DNA of 64,000 nt from Amoebidium appalachense (GCA_963693365.1 CAVNZM010000006.1:10233355-10297354), one strand, 5' to 3'; shown: positions 12,419 to 43,677, counted from the first letter of the stretch. Notes: generated by a model from the letters alone, not told the origin. Made by a program: numbers and translations.

Positions 12419-13439
12419 AGAGGGAGAGAGGGGGGGGGGGGGGGGAGAAGGGCTAGCCACATACCACGAAGGGGGTGCAGGTCATGCGGCCGAACATGTA
12501 GACCTTAAAGCCGCGGCTCAGGAAGACTGCGGCAGACAGCTTGGCAAAGGTCTCCGAGCAGCCATACTGGTTCTTACGGTGGTCGTAGCCAAACACAACA
12601 CCCATTTCCTTGGCGTTGGGAATAGCATCCTCAATGGCCTTGCACAGACCCTGTCCACATACAGCGGTAAGTGAAAAGCAAACACAATTGCACGTTCGGA
12701 AAACAGGAACAGAGTTCTAGCTTGCGCCTCCGAGCAACACTGTACCTACACTAACCCTACAAAAACCGAAGACCACAAACCCTACACCCTTCCAAAAGAC
12801 ACAAACACACAGCTATACCAACGAACACGCACCTGCGCACTCTGGATGATAGTGAGGTCGTTCATACGTGCGTTGCCCGCACCCATGGCAGCGCGCAGCC
12901 CGGCCGTGCCGAACTCCATGCGCTGCAACATGACCTTGCGCAGGGTGGCCAGGTCCTTGGCTGCTACGAGGTCGAGCAGCTGCTGCCGAGTGGCCTCATT
13001 CTATGTGTTAAGATGTGTCAGTGACTTGTGTGTATTTGTTTCCGTTTTTATAAAAACGAGGCCGCGGTAGGCGTGTGTGCCGCGTGCATATGGCTGGCCT
13101 GCAGGAGAGGGGGGGGGGGGGGGGGGGAGGAGGGGAGGGATGGGGAAGGGGAGGGGGAAGAGGACGGTTGGGTGGGAGGGTCATGCAAGAGAGAAGAGGC
13201 AACGCAAGAACGCAAGCAGGTGCCAACGGTCAACAGAGGGGAAGTGCGGCAAGGGACAAGGCAGAAAGAGCTGTGGTTGTTTGCATCCGTAACCGCTGCC
13301 AACCCGGGAGCTGACAAGGCAAACAACCCTGTAACAACCGAAAAAAAACGACGTGTACCTTGTCCATGCTCATCCACTCAGCGAGAGAGGCATCGACGGC
13401 GGCGTCGCCGGTGTTGAATGATGCTGCGGCAGCCATCAT
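8747..13439 (-). CDS. PGM2: Phosphoglucomutase-2 / phosphopentomutase family enzyme, 605 aa, 7 exons
   Basis: Exons 13439-13359, 13000-12833, 12650-12465, 11389-10925, 10636-10539, 9881-9704, 9388-8747, all GT-AG and in frame. Motifs: FGTAGLR, catalytic TASHNP, FPNPEEG, metal loop DPDADR, TLTGFKW, EEAIGF, RGSGTEPKLKYY. Confidence 0.96.
11637..11785. repeat. Tandem duplication of a ~75-bp unit in PGM2 intron 3
   Basis: GCACTAGCTTGCATGGGTGTATGGGGTAGCGAGGTAGGAGGAGGTATGYCAGGAAGGYCAAGTGGGGGATAAAG present twice. Confidence 0.9.
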
Positions 13440-13589
13440 TTTCTCTAGAGTTACTCAGCTTTGTAATACGAGGGCAAGATACGAAGGCAAGTTGGCCTTC
13501 TGTTTCGAACTGCCAGACTAGGTGTGAGGAAAGATATATGACAAAGTAACCGGGTTCAAGGTGTTTATATACTACAGGGAAAACAATTG

Positions 13590-13910
13590 CAGCCAATCAA
13601 AAAATATGCTTTCTGAGCCAGTGCTTTTGGACAAATTTACATAAAAATACTTTTTCTTTAAAAAAATACATTTTACAATTTTCCAAACAAAGAAAGGCAA
13701 TTTCATATTGTATATTAATTTTTGTTATGTTTAATTCAATAACGAGTGTGCTTTACGGGCACAATACGGGTTTTTGTTTGTGTGTAGAGCAGCCGACTCT
13801 TGTTTCTTTCCCCCCCCCATCTCATCCGCCAATCAGCATAAACATTGGCACAGTAGGAAGTTTTATTGGCTGCCCGTGTCTGGTTAACTTATCATTTGAT
13901 TGGCTTATGG
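13590..13910. promoter_or_regulatory. Likely promoter region between the divergent PGM2 and ISWI genes, with several CCAAT/ATTGG boxes
   Basis: AT-rich and repeat-free. GCCAATCA near 13592 and 13828; ATTGGC near 13844, 13866 and 13899. The genes are head-to-head (13439 minus, 15570 plus). Confidence 0.4.
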
Positions 13911-14181
13911 ATGACTCATGTTAGCCCGATAAGGCAAGTAAAAATAGCTAGTTAGAGTTGTTACAGTGAAACGGCGGGTAAACGGCACAGTCAGGAGGTG
14001 TCAGTTGTAGCCAGTAGTTTTAGCCTGAGTGGGCGCTTTGTGTTGGGCGCTCTGTAACAGTTTGTTACTGTGCTGTCTCAGGCTTGAGATCAGGAACACT
14101 TGTTTCGCCGAAATGTGCCCTTTTATATGTGCACCATACTGCCGCAAAGCTTCTGCTGGTCAACATATACGCAAAGGCTCT

Positions 14182-14250
14182 CCTTGGCGTCATTGTACAA
14201 TCATATCACTCCTACTCCTTGGCGTCATTGTACAATTATATCACTCCTAC
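14182..14250. repeat. Tandem 35-bp duplication
   Basis: CCTTGGCGTCATTGTACAATYATATCACTCCTAC occurs twice in tandem. Confidence 0.85.
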
Positions 14251-15569
14251 AAGTAGCATGGTCACTGCCTGTTCCCTGCCACTTCGGAATCTTAACGGCA
14301 TGATACATTTGAAAAATATGACCATGGCAGAAACAAACCCCGTAGGCACGAACAGGAATAAAGTTCACACAAATTCTTGACCCACATACCCACACATGAT
14401 CAGGGGGGCGGAGACACGTGCAGTGACACACTCACAAGCACACCCAGGCAGTAAGCGCTAGGTTACTTGCACAAGAGCACACACGTGCGCACTGCACACT
14501 AAACAAACACACCAGCTTTTACACACAGCACGCACATGCAAACAACACACGCACAGGTATACAGTACACAAGCACAAAAGTGCGCACAGAGAAACAACTT
14601 AACACACGCGCAAGCACACCGAAATGGACACGTACAAGTAACGCCACAAACACATACACGGCCTTGTATCTCCCCTCTCTTCTCCCCCCCCCCCCCCCCC
14701 CCCTCCCCCACCCCCCCTCTCCCCACAGATGCATCGCCTAACACCACCAAAAGCGACACCAAATGGGGCACACACGTGATACGCGTACCGCTGCACACGT
14801 GTTTACACACCAGGAAGCGCTAACAAGATTAAAGCAACAAAATATGGGTTCAGGTCGTCGGCAGGGTTTGTTCAAACGGATTATGTGAGCAGGTTGGTTG
14901 TGTAAGCAGGTGCATACATGGCTCACTTATCTTTTACCCTTCGTGTAACAGCCTGTTCCGGGCCTGCCCCTCGGGCTGTCCTTGCCTGGTTCCCGGGCTC
15001 TCCCCGTGTTACGTTACAACCTTTGTGTGCGTGCACTTAGACTTTACTTTCCGTTCTTAATCTTAAGTGAGATATGTTTGCCGTCTATGTTTATACTTGG
15101 AGGAGAGGGGAACACTGTCGTCTTTAGGGCATTCCTCGTAAAAACCACATTTGTGGTGAGCAGGACAAGTGAACGGTGCTCAGACAGTCAGAGGCCTACA
15201 TAGCTAACCGTGAGTCAACCGCCGACGCCCAAGCTGGCAAAAGCTTTGCTGGCGGAAGAGGTCATTCGAGTGATTACGAAGTTTGAATCGACCGATGGCT
15301 TTTACGCAAACAGGACTTTGGCGCCTACGAGCCGTATCAGTATAATGATCAGCCCGCAAACTCAGTCAGTATGTAGTACAGTAGTAGTAGTAGTATGTTA
15401 CTTACGGTATTTCCAGAACTGAGAAGGTGGGCGGCTAGAGAAACCTGGGGCCTGCAGCGAACACAGTACGCATACACAGTGTGAACCTCCTTGCTGCCTG
15501 CGCTGTTTGATAATGCCAAGGAGATAATAGCTGTAGGGAACTGGGTAGTCACCCACAGAATAGCCGATC

Positions 15570-32771
<17,202 letters not shown>

Positions 32772-33988
32772 TGGTTGCTAGCCCTAGTAGTGGTAGGGGG
32801 TAGTCGTAGGTACATATATGATGGTGGTGTGGTATGTGTTGGCTGAATACTTGATATGTGGTGGGATCGTCTGACAGGGCTAGGTGGTGGCCTGGAAGCG
32901 GAAACCCATGCTCCGACATTTCGAACTTTTTTATTTCACCCATGGAGGAATGGGAGGGGGGGGGGGCGGTACTGTAGCCACAAAAGCATGTTTTGGAGAT
33001 GAGGCATGATCATTGGACCCCACACTCCTGCTCTTGAAGTGTCGATAACATAAATATTTTTTCTTAATCCTTTGAATTATGATGGTGGCAGTATGTAGCA
33101 ACCACAAGACTTGGTTTCCCAATCACCGCTAGAAATATTAGCAGTATGTAAGTTACGTGCCTATATATGGCAAGCAAAGATGTATGTGGTATGCTGTGCG
33201 CCAAAAACAATGGGGTGTAATGGGTTTCGGCCAGTATATGTATGTGCATGCAGCTTGTCTGTTCTCTCTTGCCGGTGCATGATCATGAAGTTAAAATTAA
33301 AATAAGTGCCTCACAGAAAAAGCTGGCTGAGTTATCACTACGTCTGACCCTAATTCAACCTGGACATATAAAATTGTACCACACTACACATTAGCTGCAT
33401 GAGTAAGACTACGAGGTTGCAACCTGGAGTCGCACACACAGGTACGTACGTGACAAGTGGATTCAATCGTTTCCCAAACTGCCAACATCGCTATGCCAAT
33501 CAAACAATTTGGTCTCGGGCCCCACTAGCGCAAGAAAGGAATTACACTGTTCGAATTATACGGAAAATCCCCTTACGTAAGGACACCTTTCGTGTAAATA
33601 GGTAAACACCCACACTCCATTATGTATCAAATTCATATTGTGGTCCACATGGTGTAGCCTTGTCAGCTGGGTGGCCATCATATGCATGGCACAGTGACTC
33701 ATGATGCATTTTCAAATGGTTGCATTTATTCTTTGATGTCAGGTCCCGCCATGTCTAATATTAGGTGGTGCTACGTGTACTGTGCCAGCCACGGTCGACG
33801 AAAAGCAGTCACCAGCATGGTGCTCTGTGCTTGGGCAGACACTGCACCAGGGGGGGGGGGGGGGACCTCGAGGGCAGCGCACAATGATGCCACGGAGCAG
33901 GAAAAGGTATATAGCACATGCAATATCAAGTTACACAAACATAATGCAGAGAAAGCACAGTATGGAGGCCAGGTATATCTGTTTGTGG

Positions 33989-34042
<54 letters not shown>

Positions 34043-34854
34043 AAATGAGTGCGGTACAGAGTGTGACGTACACTGTCTCCTAGGATATCCCATCCAGAAT
34101 TTGCTTGAGAGAGCACAGACACAGAGTACGCATGCATCAGAAGTAGAGCCTGTCCTCGAAGGAAACCACCAGACGGAGTGAACGGGGGGGGGGGGGGGGG
34201 GGGGGACAATCATCCACAATATGAATATCCTAGTCTAGCACGAAATGAAACGTTAGTACTATTATTGTGAATACGGTTCTCTGAAAAAGGTGGTTAGGCC
34301 AGGGGAGGGGGGAGGGGAAGGTTGGGAAAGAAAGAAAGCAAACGATTAAAGCGAATTCGAATAGCAAAAGTTGATGTTAAGGGAAGAAAAAGGACTAACG
34401 GTGACGGAGACTAGTCATTCAGTGTGGGGTTACCATGATATGGGTAAGTTGGGAGGTTTTTTAGGAGAAGAAAAGGCGGGAAGAAAGGTAATTCAAAAGC
34501 TTCAAGTAAACCAAACCGGAAGTAACAAGGGGGGAGGGGGGAGGGGGGGGGGGGGGGGTGGGAAGAGTAGACAGGGGAGCAGTGGACAATGAAGGGGGCA
34601 CAAGAATGGGTTGAATAAAACGGGAACCATTTTGCAAGAGATAAAAGGACCAGTGAGTGCATCCAACAGGGAGAGAGGGGGAAGGGGCGGGGGAGGGGGG
34701 CGGGGTTTGGTCAGAATGGTTCCACAGAAAAGGCTGCAAAATTCAAAACTATCTGTTTAGCTATGCAAAAAGTAGAGGTGCAAGAAACCAATGAAGGTCG
34801 ATGCGACAAATAAAGTGTATGGAAGAGCCTCACGTGGCAAGGAAAGGCAGGTGG

Positions 34855-34917
<63 letters not shown>

Positions 34918-36077
34918 GGAGACAGGGGGTGGGGAGGGGAGGGGAGGGGAGGAGAGCAGTTCAAAAAAGCAGCATGTTACACTCGTGCCCAGGTGTGCCC
35001 AAAAAGACAAAGAGCCCTTATATAAGCAGGCAAAACTGGACAAAAGATAAGAGGTTTGAGCACAAGCACGTGGTGCCTGGAGAACTAGTTCTTATCGAGG
35101 TGTGAAGGTGGGGAAGAGTAACCCAGGAAAAGGTAGACAGATTTCTCGCAAGCGGGGCGTCTGGATGTGACACACTGCATAGGAAGGGTGTCTGCAGCCT
35201 AACGCCAAAATGTCACCAGAGAATGCCAAGCGAGTGTCAGAGATCAGATGTGTAAGCAAACGACGGAAGGGGCTTTGCCACTGTTATGTTCAAGAAATGT
35301 AAGTTGCTGGCAAAGGGTGGCACATGCAACCAAAGAGACCCACATCTTGTCAGCTTGTTTGCAGTACACTACATACCTTATTCATTCAGCGAAACAGCAG
35401 CCCACTTATTCGTCAGACGAAACAGCAGCCCACGAACGTTTTCCTCTTTCGCAAGGGACACACAGAGGGAGGCAATCAGAAAGCAAGCTTCATCGCATGC
35501 AGAGCACAGCCGAGCCCAGTGGCCGCACCTGTTCAGGCGCAGCCCAGGCAAGCGCGCCCCACAATCAGCAGTATCCGCTGTGTTTCATCACGTGCCAATA
35601 TGTTCGGTGCATCATAGACGTGCAAAAACGCCTACGCATTTGAGTCACGTCATCCCGCAAAGCGGTCAGATAAGAACAAGTGTTTCTGTGTATCGAAAGC
35701 GCAAAAAAAAAAAAAAAAAAAAAAAAACAAGGGAGAAAGGAAGGAGGGAAGAGGGGGAGGGGGGAGTGGGGGGGGGGGGGGGGGGGGGGGGGGGGGTAAA
35801 GGGGTCGGGGAGGGAGGGAAGGGAGGGAGGGAGGGAGGTGAGACGAGAAGGGGAACGAAGTGTGGACTGAAAGGCTGAGAATGAGGTCCACCTGTCTAAC
35901 CACCAAAGCCCGCGCGAATTTATTTCTTGTGATTTCATTGGATGTTGTTAGTGACATCCAATCAACATTGGTCCATAAAATTCGAATTCCCGGCAGCATC
36001 GTTCTGATGTGCACACAGGAGGCTAAAACTGAGCCGCGAGCGTATCTTCATTTCTCTCTCCGCAGACCGCCGTGAAG

Positions 36078-38189
36078 ATGGTAAGGGAACGCCTTCTGTT
36101 GTGAAGGTTCCCTGCTGTTTGGGTGGTCTGGCGGGGAGAAGGGTGATACAGGGCTTACAGGTCGGCGGATTCGAGCGTACAGTGTTGTCGGCGTTGCGGA
36201 TGCAGGCTGGATGGACGGCGATATGCATTGGAACTAGGAGAACCGAATAGCTCTACCTTCATAGACCATCTACTGAATATCTAGTGCAATCAACGCTTGT
36301 ATTGTAGAATCCAGCTTCATCCATGGACCTCGAACGGCATCGAATGTAACTTGGGGATTTTTTACGGACTCGTGATACACAGGGTCGGAACAAAGGCATC
36401 AGATTAGGACTTTGATCATTCATGAGCACAAAGATGATCACTCACACCATCACACATTAAGGAGCCGTCGCTGTTGTACGCTTTGCAAAACCCGAGTTTT
36501 TTTTCATACTGCAGCAATTTCCAACGAATACCTCGAATATGAGACAGTGCAGCATAGCTTTACGAATTATTTGCGGGGTTGACCGACACAATTCTACAGC
36601 TGGAGGGTGAGCGGCTGGAGATATGGACTTGTTACGGACGGTCACCGTCGAATTTATTGCAACCTGGAACGCATGGCGGTCCCGTGAAGCTTGATGATGG
36701 CCAGCATGAAACGTGGTCATACAAGCTTTGGTATGCGAGACAAGAGGGCCTGGCATTTAATGCCCGTTGTGGCACGATCAGATCCATCAGTACAGCACCG
36801 TAGTGTTTTGGCTGCAGACGCCCAGAATCATCGTTACGGACCAGTTGTGGGGATAATTATGAAACAGATTGCAGTTAGTTTGACCATCAGTCGTCCTTTG
36901 CCGTGGGAAGGGGATACCAGGCAGGGGGGACTGCCTCGGCTACCCATTCCACTTCAGGTTGCATAGTTCATAGTATTTCACGTGGAAGCACTTACGGTCG
37001 CAGGTATGCTGGACACTAATTGCCTCCCTTCACACAGACCACGCATCTGAAGAAGAACCGGAAGAAGCGCGGCCACGTGTCCGCCGGCCACGGCCGTGTG
37101 GGCAAGCACCGCAAGCATCCCGGAGGTCGCGGTAATGCCGGTGGTCAGCACCACCACCGCATTATGATGGACAAGTACCACCCCGGTTACTTCGGTAAGG
37201 TCGGTATGCGCCACTTCCACAAGACCCAGCAGAAGTACTTCTGCCCCACCGTCAACCTGGACAAGCTGTGGGCGCTGGTCAGCGAGCAGACCCGCACCAA
37301 CTATGCGGGCAAGACCGACAAGGTGCCCGTCATTGACTGCGTCCGCGCCGGCTACTACAAGGTGCGTGTGCAGGGGCAGCTGGGTGTGCCCAGGGGTGGA
37401 GGAGATCCGTCGTGTCGGTGCCATCAGTATTTCGATAGAGGAAGCTATAGACAGTAGTGTGAACTGGAATGATGGATAGTTGGGCATGCTATGCTTGCTT
37501 ACAACGTATCGGCACTCGGTTTTCATATCCTCTTAGTTCATCGCCCCTACGACAGTAAATGGCTTTGAGGTTTGCAGGTATCGAGAGCGGACACGGTTTG
37601 GGCAGGGCGGCTGTTTTTGCCTATTTTGACACATGAACTTGCACGGTTGGGGGGTGCTTGCTGTGTGTCAGCGTTTTTCTGAGGCAAATGTGCTTGTGTG
37701 CCATTGCACCAATATGGCACAATCACCGTTCTAGACCAACATGCATACACACGGCTCCGATATATGCATGCTCGTCGTTCTTGTTGGATATTACGAAGTC
37801 GATTAGGAAATACAGATAGCCAGCTACACATTTACGGTGACGGCACATAGGGGCAACTTGCTTGTGTGCACAGCAATCACCCTTTTTGCTGTTGGCTGCG
37901 CTCTTTGCATCCAGTGCCGTGTTTTCTTGGCCTTGCATTGGTTTTCTGGCCGGCACATACCCTGCAATGCAACTGTTTCTGTTCTTTTTTCAGAAGTGGA
38001 AGTTTTGCTTGATGGAGGGCAGGGGGGGACTGCATGTGCAGGTGCTCTGGGGGCTGACGTGTGTGTGTACAGGTGCTGGGCAAGGGCCGCCTGCCGGACC
38101 AGCCGGTGATTGTCAAGGCCAAGTTCTTCAGCCGTGAGGCCGAGGAGAAGATTAAGGCTGTCGGGGGCGCATGCGTCCTGACCGCATAA
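36078..38189 (+). CDS. RPL27A: 60S ribosomal protein uL15 (L27a), 147 aa, 3 coding exons
   Basis: ATG 36078-36080 followed directly by GTAAGG. Exon 37038-37361 ([41 protein letters not shown]...GYYK) and exon 38073-38189 ([35 protein letters not shown]). Pyrimidine tract TCTTCATTTCTCTCTC at 36045-36060 (TOP-like start region); ATTAAA just after the stop. Confidence 0.97.
36671..36797 (+). ncRNA. Candidate box H/ACA snoRNA in RPL27A intron 1
   Basis: Hairpin 1 (GCAT..ATGC base, AAGCTTG/CAAGCTT, ATGGCCA/TGGTCAT), H-box AGACAA at 36738-36743, hairpin 2 (CTGG/TCAG, TGCC/GGCA), ACA at 36792-36794. Folded by eye only. Confidence 0.4.
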
Positions 38190-39466
38190 TCGTATTAAAG
38201 CGCCTATGAATGAACTCTCGAGCCCCTGTGCAGGTGCCTGTTTTCCTCTTGTGGCTGGAAATATAACCTGCAATGTACTGTTCGGCTGTGCACAATTACG
38301 GGTTGTCTCTTTTTGTTTTGGGGGGCAGGAACTGCGCATGTGCGTGCGGGTGGACACAAATGTGTCTTGTGGTTATTCGTACATGCATGCTCTTTGGGAT
38401 TGAAATGGAGCATGTATCATGATTTATCTTTCCCAATTACGTGTTCTTTTTATCAGCTCGTCTGTGTGGTGGTGGTGTTGAGCGGTTCTGTACGTTTGTG
38501 TGATGCAATGCATGAAGCAGGAAGATGGTATGCGTGCATTATTTCTATGTGGAGGCTGACTTTTCGAATGCACAGGTTGTTTCTCTATGGAAGCCCGAGT
38601 TCGTGTGTGTGTGTGCTCTCTGAATAGATGAAACGATGCAGGGAACAGCTTTGGAATGCATGCATAGCTCTCCCCTTGTTTTTTGGTCGTTGTCCCTAAT
38701 CTCTCCCTTTTTGTGTGTGTGCACCCCGGGAGGGGTGGGGGAGGGGGGGTTGGATACACCGGCCTGGTGCACCATCATGGCCGATGCGTTCATTTTTTTG
38801 TGTGTGATTGTGGTGGGGTGGGAGGGTTGGAAGTACCACTCCACACATGTGACGTCATCGTGTGCAAGTGCCCAGGGACTTTGTCGCACTGTACAGGTCA
38901 CACGGGGTGCGGATCGGGCCCAGTGCATACACACTGCACTGCTGCATGTTTGCATCACTCCATGCATGCACACACAGTGCACATTTACTTCATGAATATA
39001 CCAGAACATCCGGGCACAGTGAGAAGTACTATTATATATGCAAGGCTGCCTAATCCGGATACCTCCCGAATGGCACAGTAGGTGTGTCATATCGGGTAGC
39101 TATTATTTATACAGCTGCGGTAGGTCCCAATGCTGCAAAGGCAACACCCCCAGGAGCTCCCACCGCTGCCCACCCGAAGGCTATTTTTACAACACTATGG
39201 TTCTATTTTCACATGTACACTAAAAAAAATCTCAGCTGCAATTTTTACTTCTTTTTTTTTTTCTCGTACGCACATGCATCTATGCACTATATCAAGGTAT
39301 CCAGTTCAACAGCTCAAATCTGTCAAAAACCAGCATGCTGGCACGGCTTGCAGCAAGTTACTATGTTCCACCGAGCATACCAACTTGCCCTGCAAAAATC
39401 AGCAGTGCGCCGATAGTAGGTCCTGTGCATGCATGCATGTTGTATGAGACGCCTCCCCGACTGCTT

Positions 39467-40236
39467 CTACGGAGTGTAGGGCACGGGGTAGAGCAGGGGC
39501 ACGGGCACGTCCTTGGCCAGATACTCCGTCGTGTAGTGTGCGAGCAATTCAATCACACTGTGTGTGTTTGGAGGGGGAGAGGGACGGTTACCAAGGTTTT
39601 CTCCAAGGATGGATATCCTCCGGCCCCCAAGGAATGCAAACAGTGTCACTTGTGCTATATCCAAACAAAATTTCCTGGCCTCCTGCTCATTAACCCGCGC
39701 CTCCCTCCCCCCTCTCCCCACCACCACCACCAACAACAGCAACAAAAAAAATGTCAGTTTGGCATGCCGTTTGGTCTGAACGTGCCGTGCGCACGCAATA
39801 ATCCCAAGACTTCTACCAGGCACACAACCACCAGCCCACGTAACACAAGCCACGCACCTATCGAACTCCTCTGCCTCGACAATCCAGTACTTCTGTGCCG
39901 GCGTTTTGAGGATGCGCACATTCTTGACCAGAGTCCCGTACCTGCCCACCCAGTCAGCTCGATGTCTATCCCTATCCCACTGACCCACATCACATACATC
40001 CTCAAAAGAAAAGAAAAAAAAAGGAAAAAAGGAAAAAGAACTGACATTAGAAAAATGAAGCCCCCCCCCCAAACACACGCACACGATCTCACACTATATC
40101 TCTCTCAATTTCTCCCTCTCAAGCTCTCTCTCTCTGTGTGTGTCAGTGCATCGTCGTGTGCGTGCGTGCGTGTAAGTTTTCTTCTGTCGCTCAGCAGCTA
40201 CATTATGCATTTGTGTGCGCGTGAATGAGAGAGCGA

Positions 40237-40267
<31 letters not shown>

Positions 40268-40283
40268 AGAAAGACTCTTGGAG

Positions 40284-40364
<81 letters not shown>

Positions 40365-40425
40365 ATAAAGGGAACCGGGTAAGGTTCCTTTTTTTTTTTT
40401 TTTTTTTTTTGTTGTGTGTGTGTGT

Positions 40426-40469
<44 letters not shown>

Positions 40470-40701
40470 AATTCGGCACATACAACCGGCGAACAAACAC
40501 CAAACATAATGTAGTGCAAATAAACCATCGCATGCGAGAAGGAAACAAAAGAGAAAAAAAACACGCGCTCTGTAGAGCTCTGTATACAGAAGGGTGGTGT
40601 GTAGTGTTTTTTTTTTGTTTTTTTGTTTTTTTTGGTGGTGGTGGGGGGGGGGGGGGGGGGGGGGGGGGGGGAGGGGGGGTTGTGTGCGAGTGTGTGTGCA
40701 C

Positions 40702-40779
<78 letters not shown>

Positions 40780-40815
40780 AAGAGCACGCATGCGTGTTGT
40801 GCTTTTTTTTTTGGT

Positions 40816-40862
<47 letters not shown>

Positions 40863-41466
40863 TCACTTAACGACCAGAATGTAATCGCCGTGGCTGCTGC
40901 GTAGTAGCCAGCTGCCATCTGCTTGGTCCTGTGGGCAACCAATCAGAACAGGTGCCTAGTGCCCAAATATGGGCCAGCTACCCATGGTGTTGATCACAGC
41001 CGTGTGGCCACATCCCATCACAGTCACAGTACTGTGTGTTGCCTGCCAGACCGCACTTCCCATGCATGTAGTGTGTCGTGCACACGCATGCACACAGCAG
41101 CCACAAGGTGCTGTACAGTCGAATAAACATGCAATGTTGGCAGGCTGCTCTTGCTTCCACCATAGGATTTACTCTTGGGAAAAATCGTAAAATTAAGGTC
41201 CTACAGTAATGCATGAAACACGCAGGAATCGACACGAGCAAATATGCACATGTACGGTTGTCAAGCACATACACACCCCACCTTGAGAACATGCATGGCA
41301 CACATTCAAGACATGACTCCAGTGAACAGAACCATTCAACACAACATGCACAGGGCAGAGCACGAACGTGAACGAGAGGTAAGTGGAGCACCCACCCGCA
41401 CACATAAATGTATGGTACAAAACCACAGGCAATGAAGGTGTAAGATAATTCCTCAACACCCCCCCC

Positions 41467-41500
<34 letters not shown>

Positions 41501-42397
41501 CCCAAAAAAAAAAAGAAAAGAAAAGAAAAAAATGCACACCCACACACACGTACCTTCAGCTTGTTTGCGGCGTACTCCCTGCGCTCCTGCTGGCTGAGGG
41601 ATGGTGCCAGGGGGTGGAAGAAAGGGGCCCTCTCCAGCACCGTGTCTGCAAGGTTCAGCCACACACGTGCTGCCTGCAGCGATGCCAGTCACCATGCTGC
41701 ACTAGGTGGCATGCATCACACAATCTACCCTTTAAAAAAGCACCGGCACTAACCATAGCAACAGCAACTGTAGCCTGTTTCGGTGCCTCTGCCGTGTGTG
41801 TATAGGCCTCTCCACGGCCGGCCGGCTGAAATCGCACGGGATTAAATCTTTGCCAGCGAAGGCCAAAAATTACTATGTCACTTGTGGTTTTCTTCGATTT
41901 TTGAGGCTTTACAGTTGTCAGAACCTAACCAAAAACACATACACAACGCAGGAGAATAATATGCGCCTATTGGTACCGTTTACTCCTAAGCGCAACACCA
42001 AGCCGCAAAGTTTTACAAAGTACAACCATGTTTTTCTCCCCATTGGCGGTGCCGTCGCAGCCCACGGCATTCGACCTTCGCTCGATCAGATTGCGGCGAA
42101 CCATAATTTTGTAACTCTAGCGGCTAAGTTGAACTGGTTGAACGGAGTTCTACTAATAAGAAGTTTGCGGTGTCACGTCGCGCTAGGCAACAAATGGTAT
42201 CAAAAAACACCTTTTTTCACGCTGCGTATCCTGTGCTAAGGATGTCTAGGCTTAGTGTGTAGGAACACCGCCATAATCGATGGATAAGGCCGGATCCATA
42301 TGATCGATTGAAAATTTTTGGTGAAGTTTGAATCCAGTCGGTGGCTCACGGAGAGGTCTATGTGCCCATACCTTTCCAAAACTAATGGTCAAAAGGA

Positions 42398-42434
<37 letters not shown>

Positions 42435-43078
42435 ATGCAGCACACGGAGCAAAGTGAAACAAGAAGCACGGCACTCTGATGCCACACATTGCACACCTCC
42501 AGGGGGCTGACTGCTGCCGCGGGCTGTGGGGCCCTGCGCATGCTCGATGACCGGTCAGGGGCAAACCCACTGCTGGCTGGTGGGGGTGCCTGTGGCTGGA
42601 CAGGGGGGATTGGGGATACCTGGGGCTGAACGATGTTGGATATCTGGTTGGGTGGGGGTGTTAGAATATGTGATTGGGTGGGGATTTTAGAATATGTGAT
42701 TGGTTGGGGTGTTAGGAGATGTAATTGGTTGGGGTGTTAGGATATGTGATTGGGTGTGGGTGTTCGGGTATGACATTTGGTGGGAGTGTTAGGATATCTG
42801 ATTGGGAGGGGTGTTAAAAATTCAGGGTAGATGATTGGGTGGGGGTGTTAGAATATGTGATTTCGGGGTGTTGGGATATCTGATTGGGTGCGGGTGTTAA
42901 AATATGTGATTGGGAGGTTGTGTTAGAATATGTAATTGGTTGGGGAAGCTTCTTAATGAGGGACGCAAGGGAACGTGCAAGAGTGGGGGTAGGGGGAATA
43001 GGAATGAGCGTGGGAGATGGAGAGGAAACCGTGGATTGAGGGAAGGTCGGGGGAGTGAAGGCTAGAGATGGGAGCGAA

Positions 43079-43114
<36 letters not shown>

Positions 43115-43453
43115 GAATGCGTCAAAAAGTAAGAAGTACACAAGAACAAACGGATAACACGATGCAGAATGCAAGCCATACATAAAGAGTATGCATGATA
43201 AGCAGAGCCCATCCTCAGGGGGGGCCCACGTCATCCACAGTACCCGAGTTTCGACCTATTCACCTCGTTAACGAAACCCAACTCAGATACTGTTTCACTT
43301 GAACATGGGTAGGTCACCCGTCTTGATCAGAGACGAGCAGTGTTGCTTATGCAGGCAAGGGCAGCCGGGGGGGGGGGGGGGGGAAGGGGGTAGAATGTGT
43401 TAGGGAGTAGGGAGCACAGTTTCACGATGGACAACACAATGCAGATATATCCC

Positions 43454-43484
<31 letters not shown>

Positions 43485-43631
43485 ATATAAAAAAATAAAA
43501 AATAAAAAATAAAAAAAAATAAAAGGCCCGAAACACCAATACATCGTCGTCATAAAGGGGAAACCCCGTACTGGGGATTGGGGTGGGGATGAGGGGGAAG
43601 GGGGTAAAAGGGGGGTTTTTTTTTTTTTGTT

Positions 43632-43677
<46 letters not shown>

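Noticed and set aside
35533-35591. Minus-strand GTGATGA...CTGA as a box C/D snoRNA
   Set aside because: No adjacent terminal stem and no rRNA complementarity that I could recognise; needs a snoscan search.
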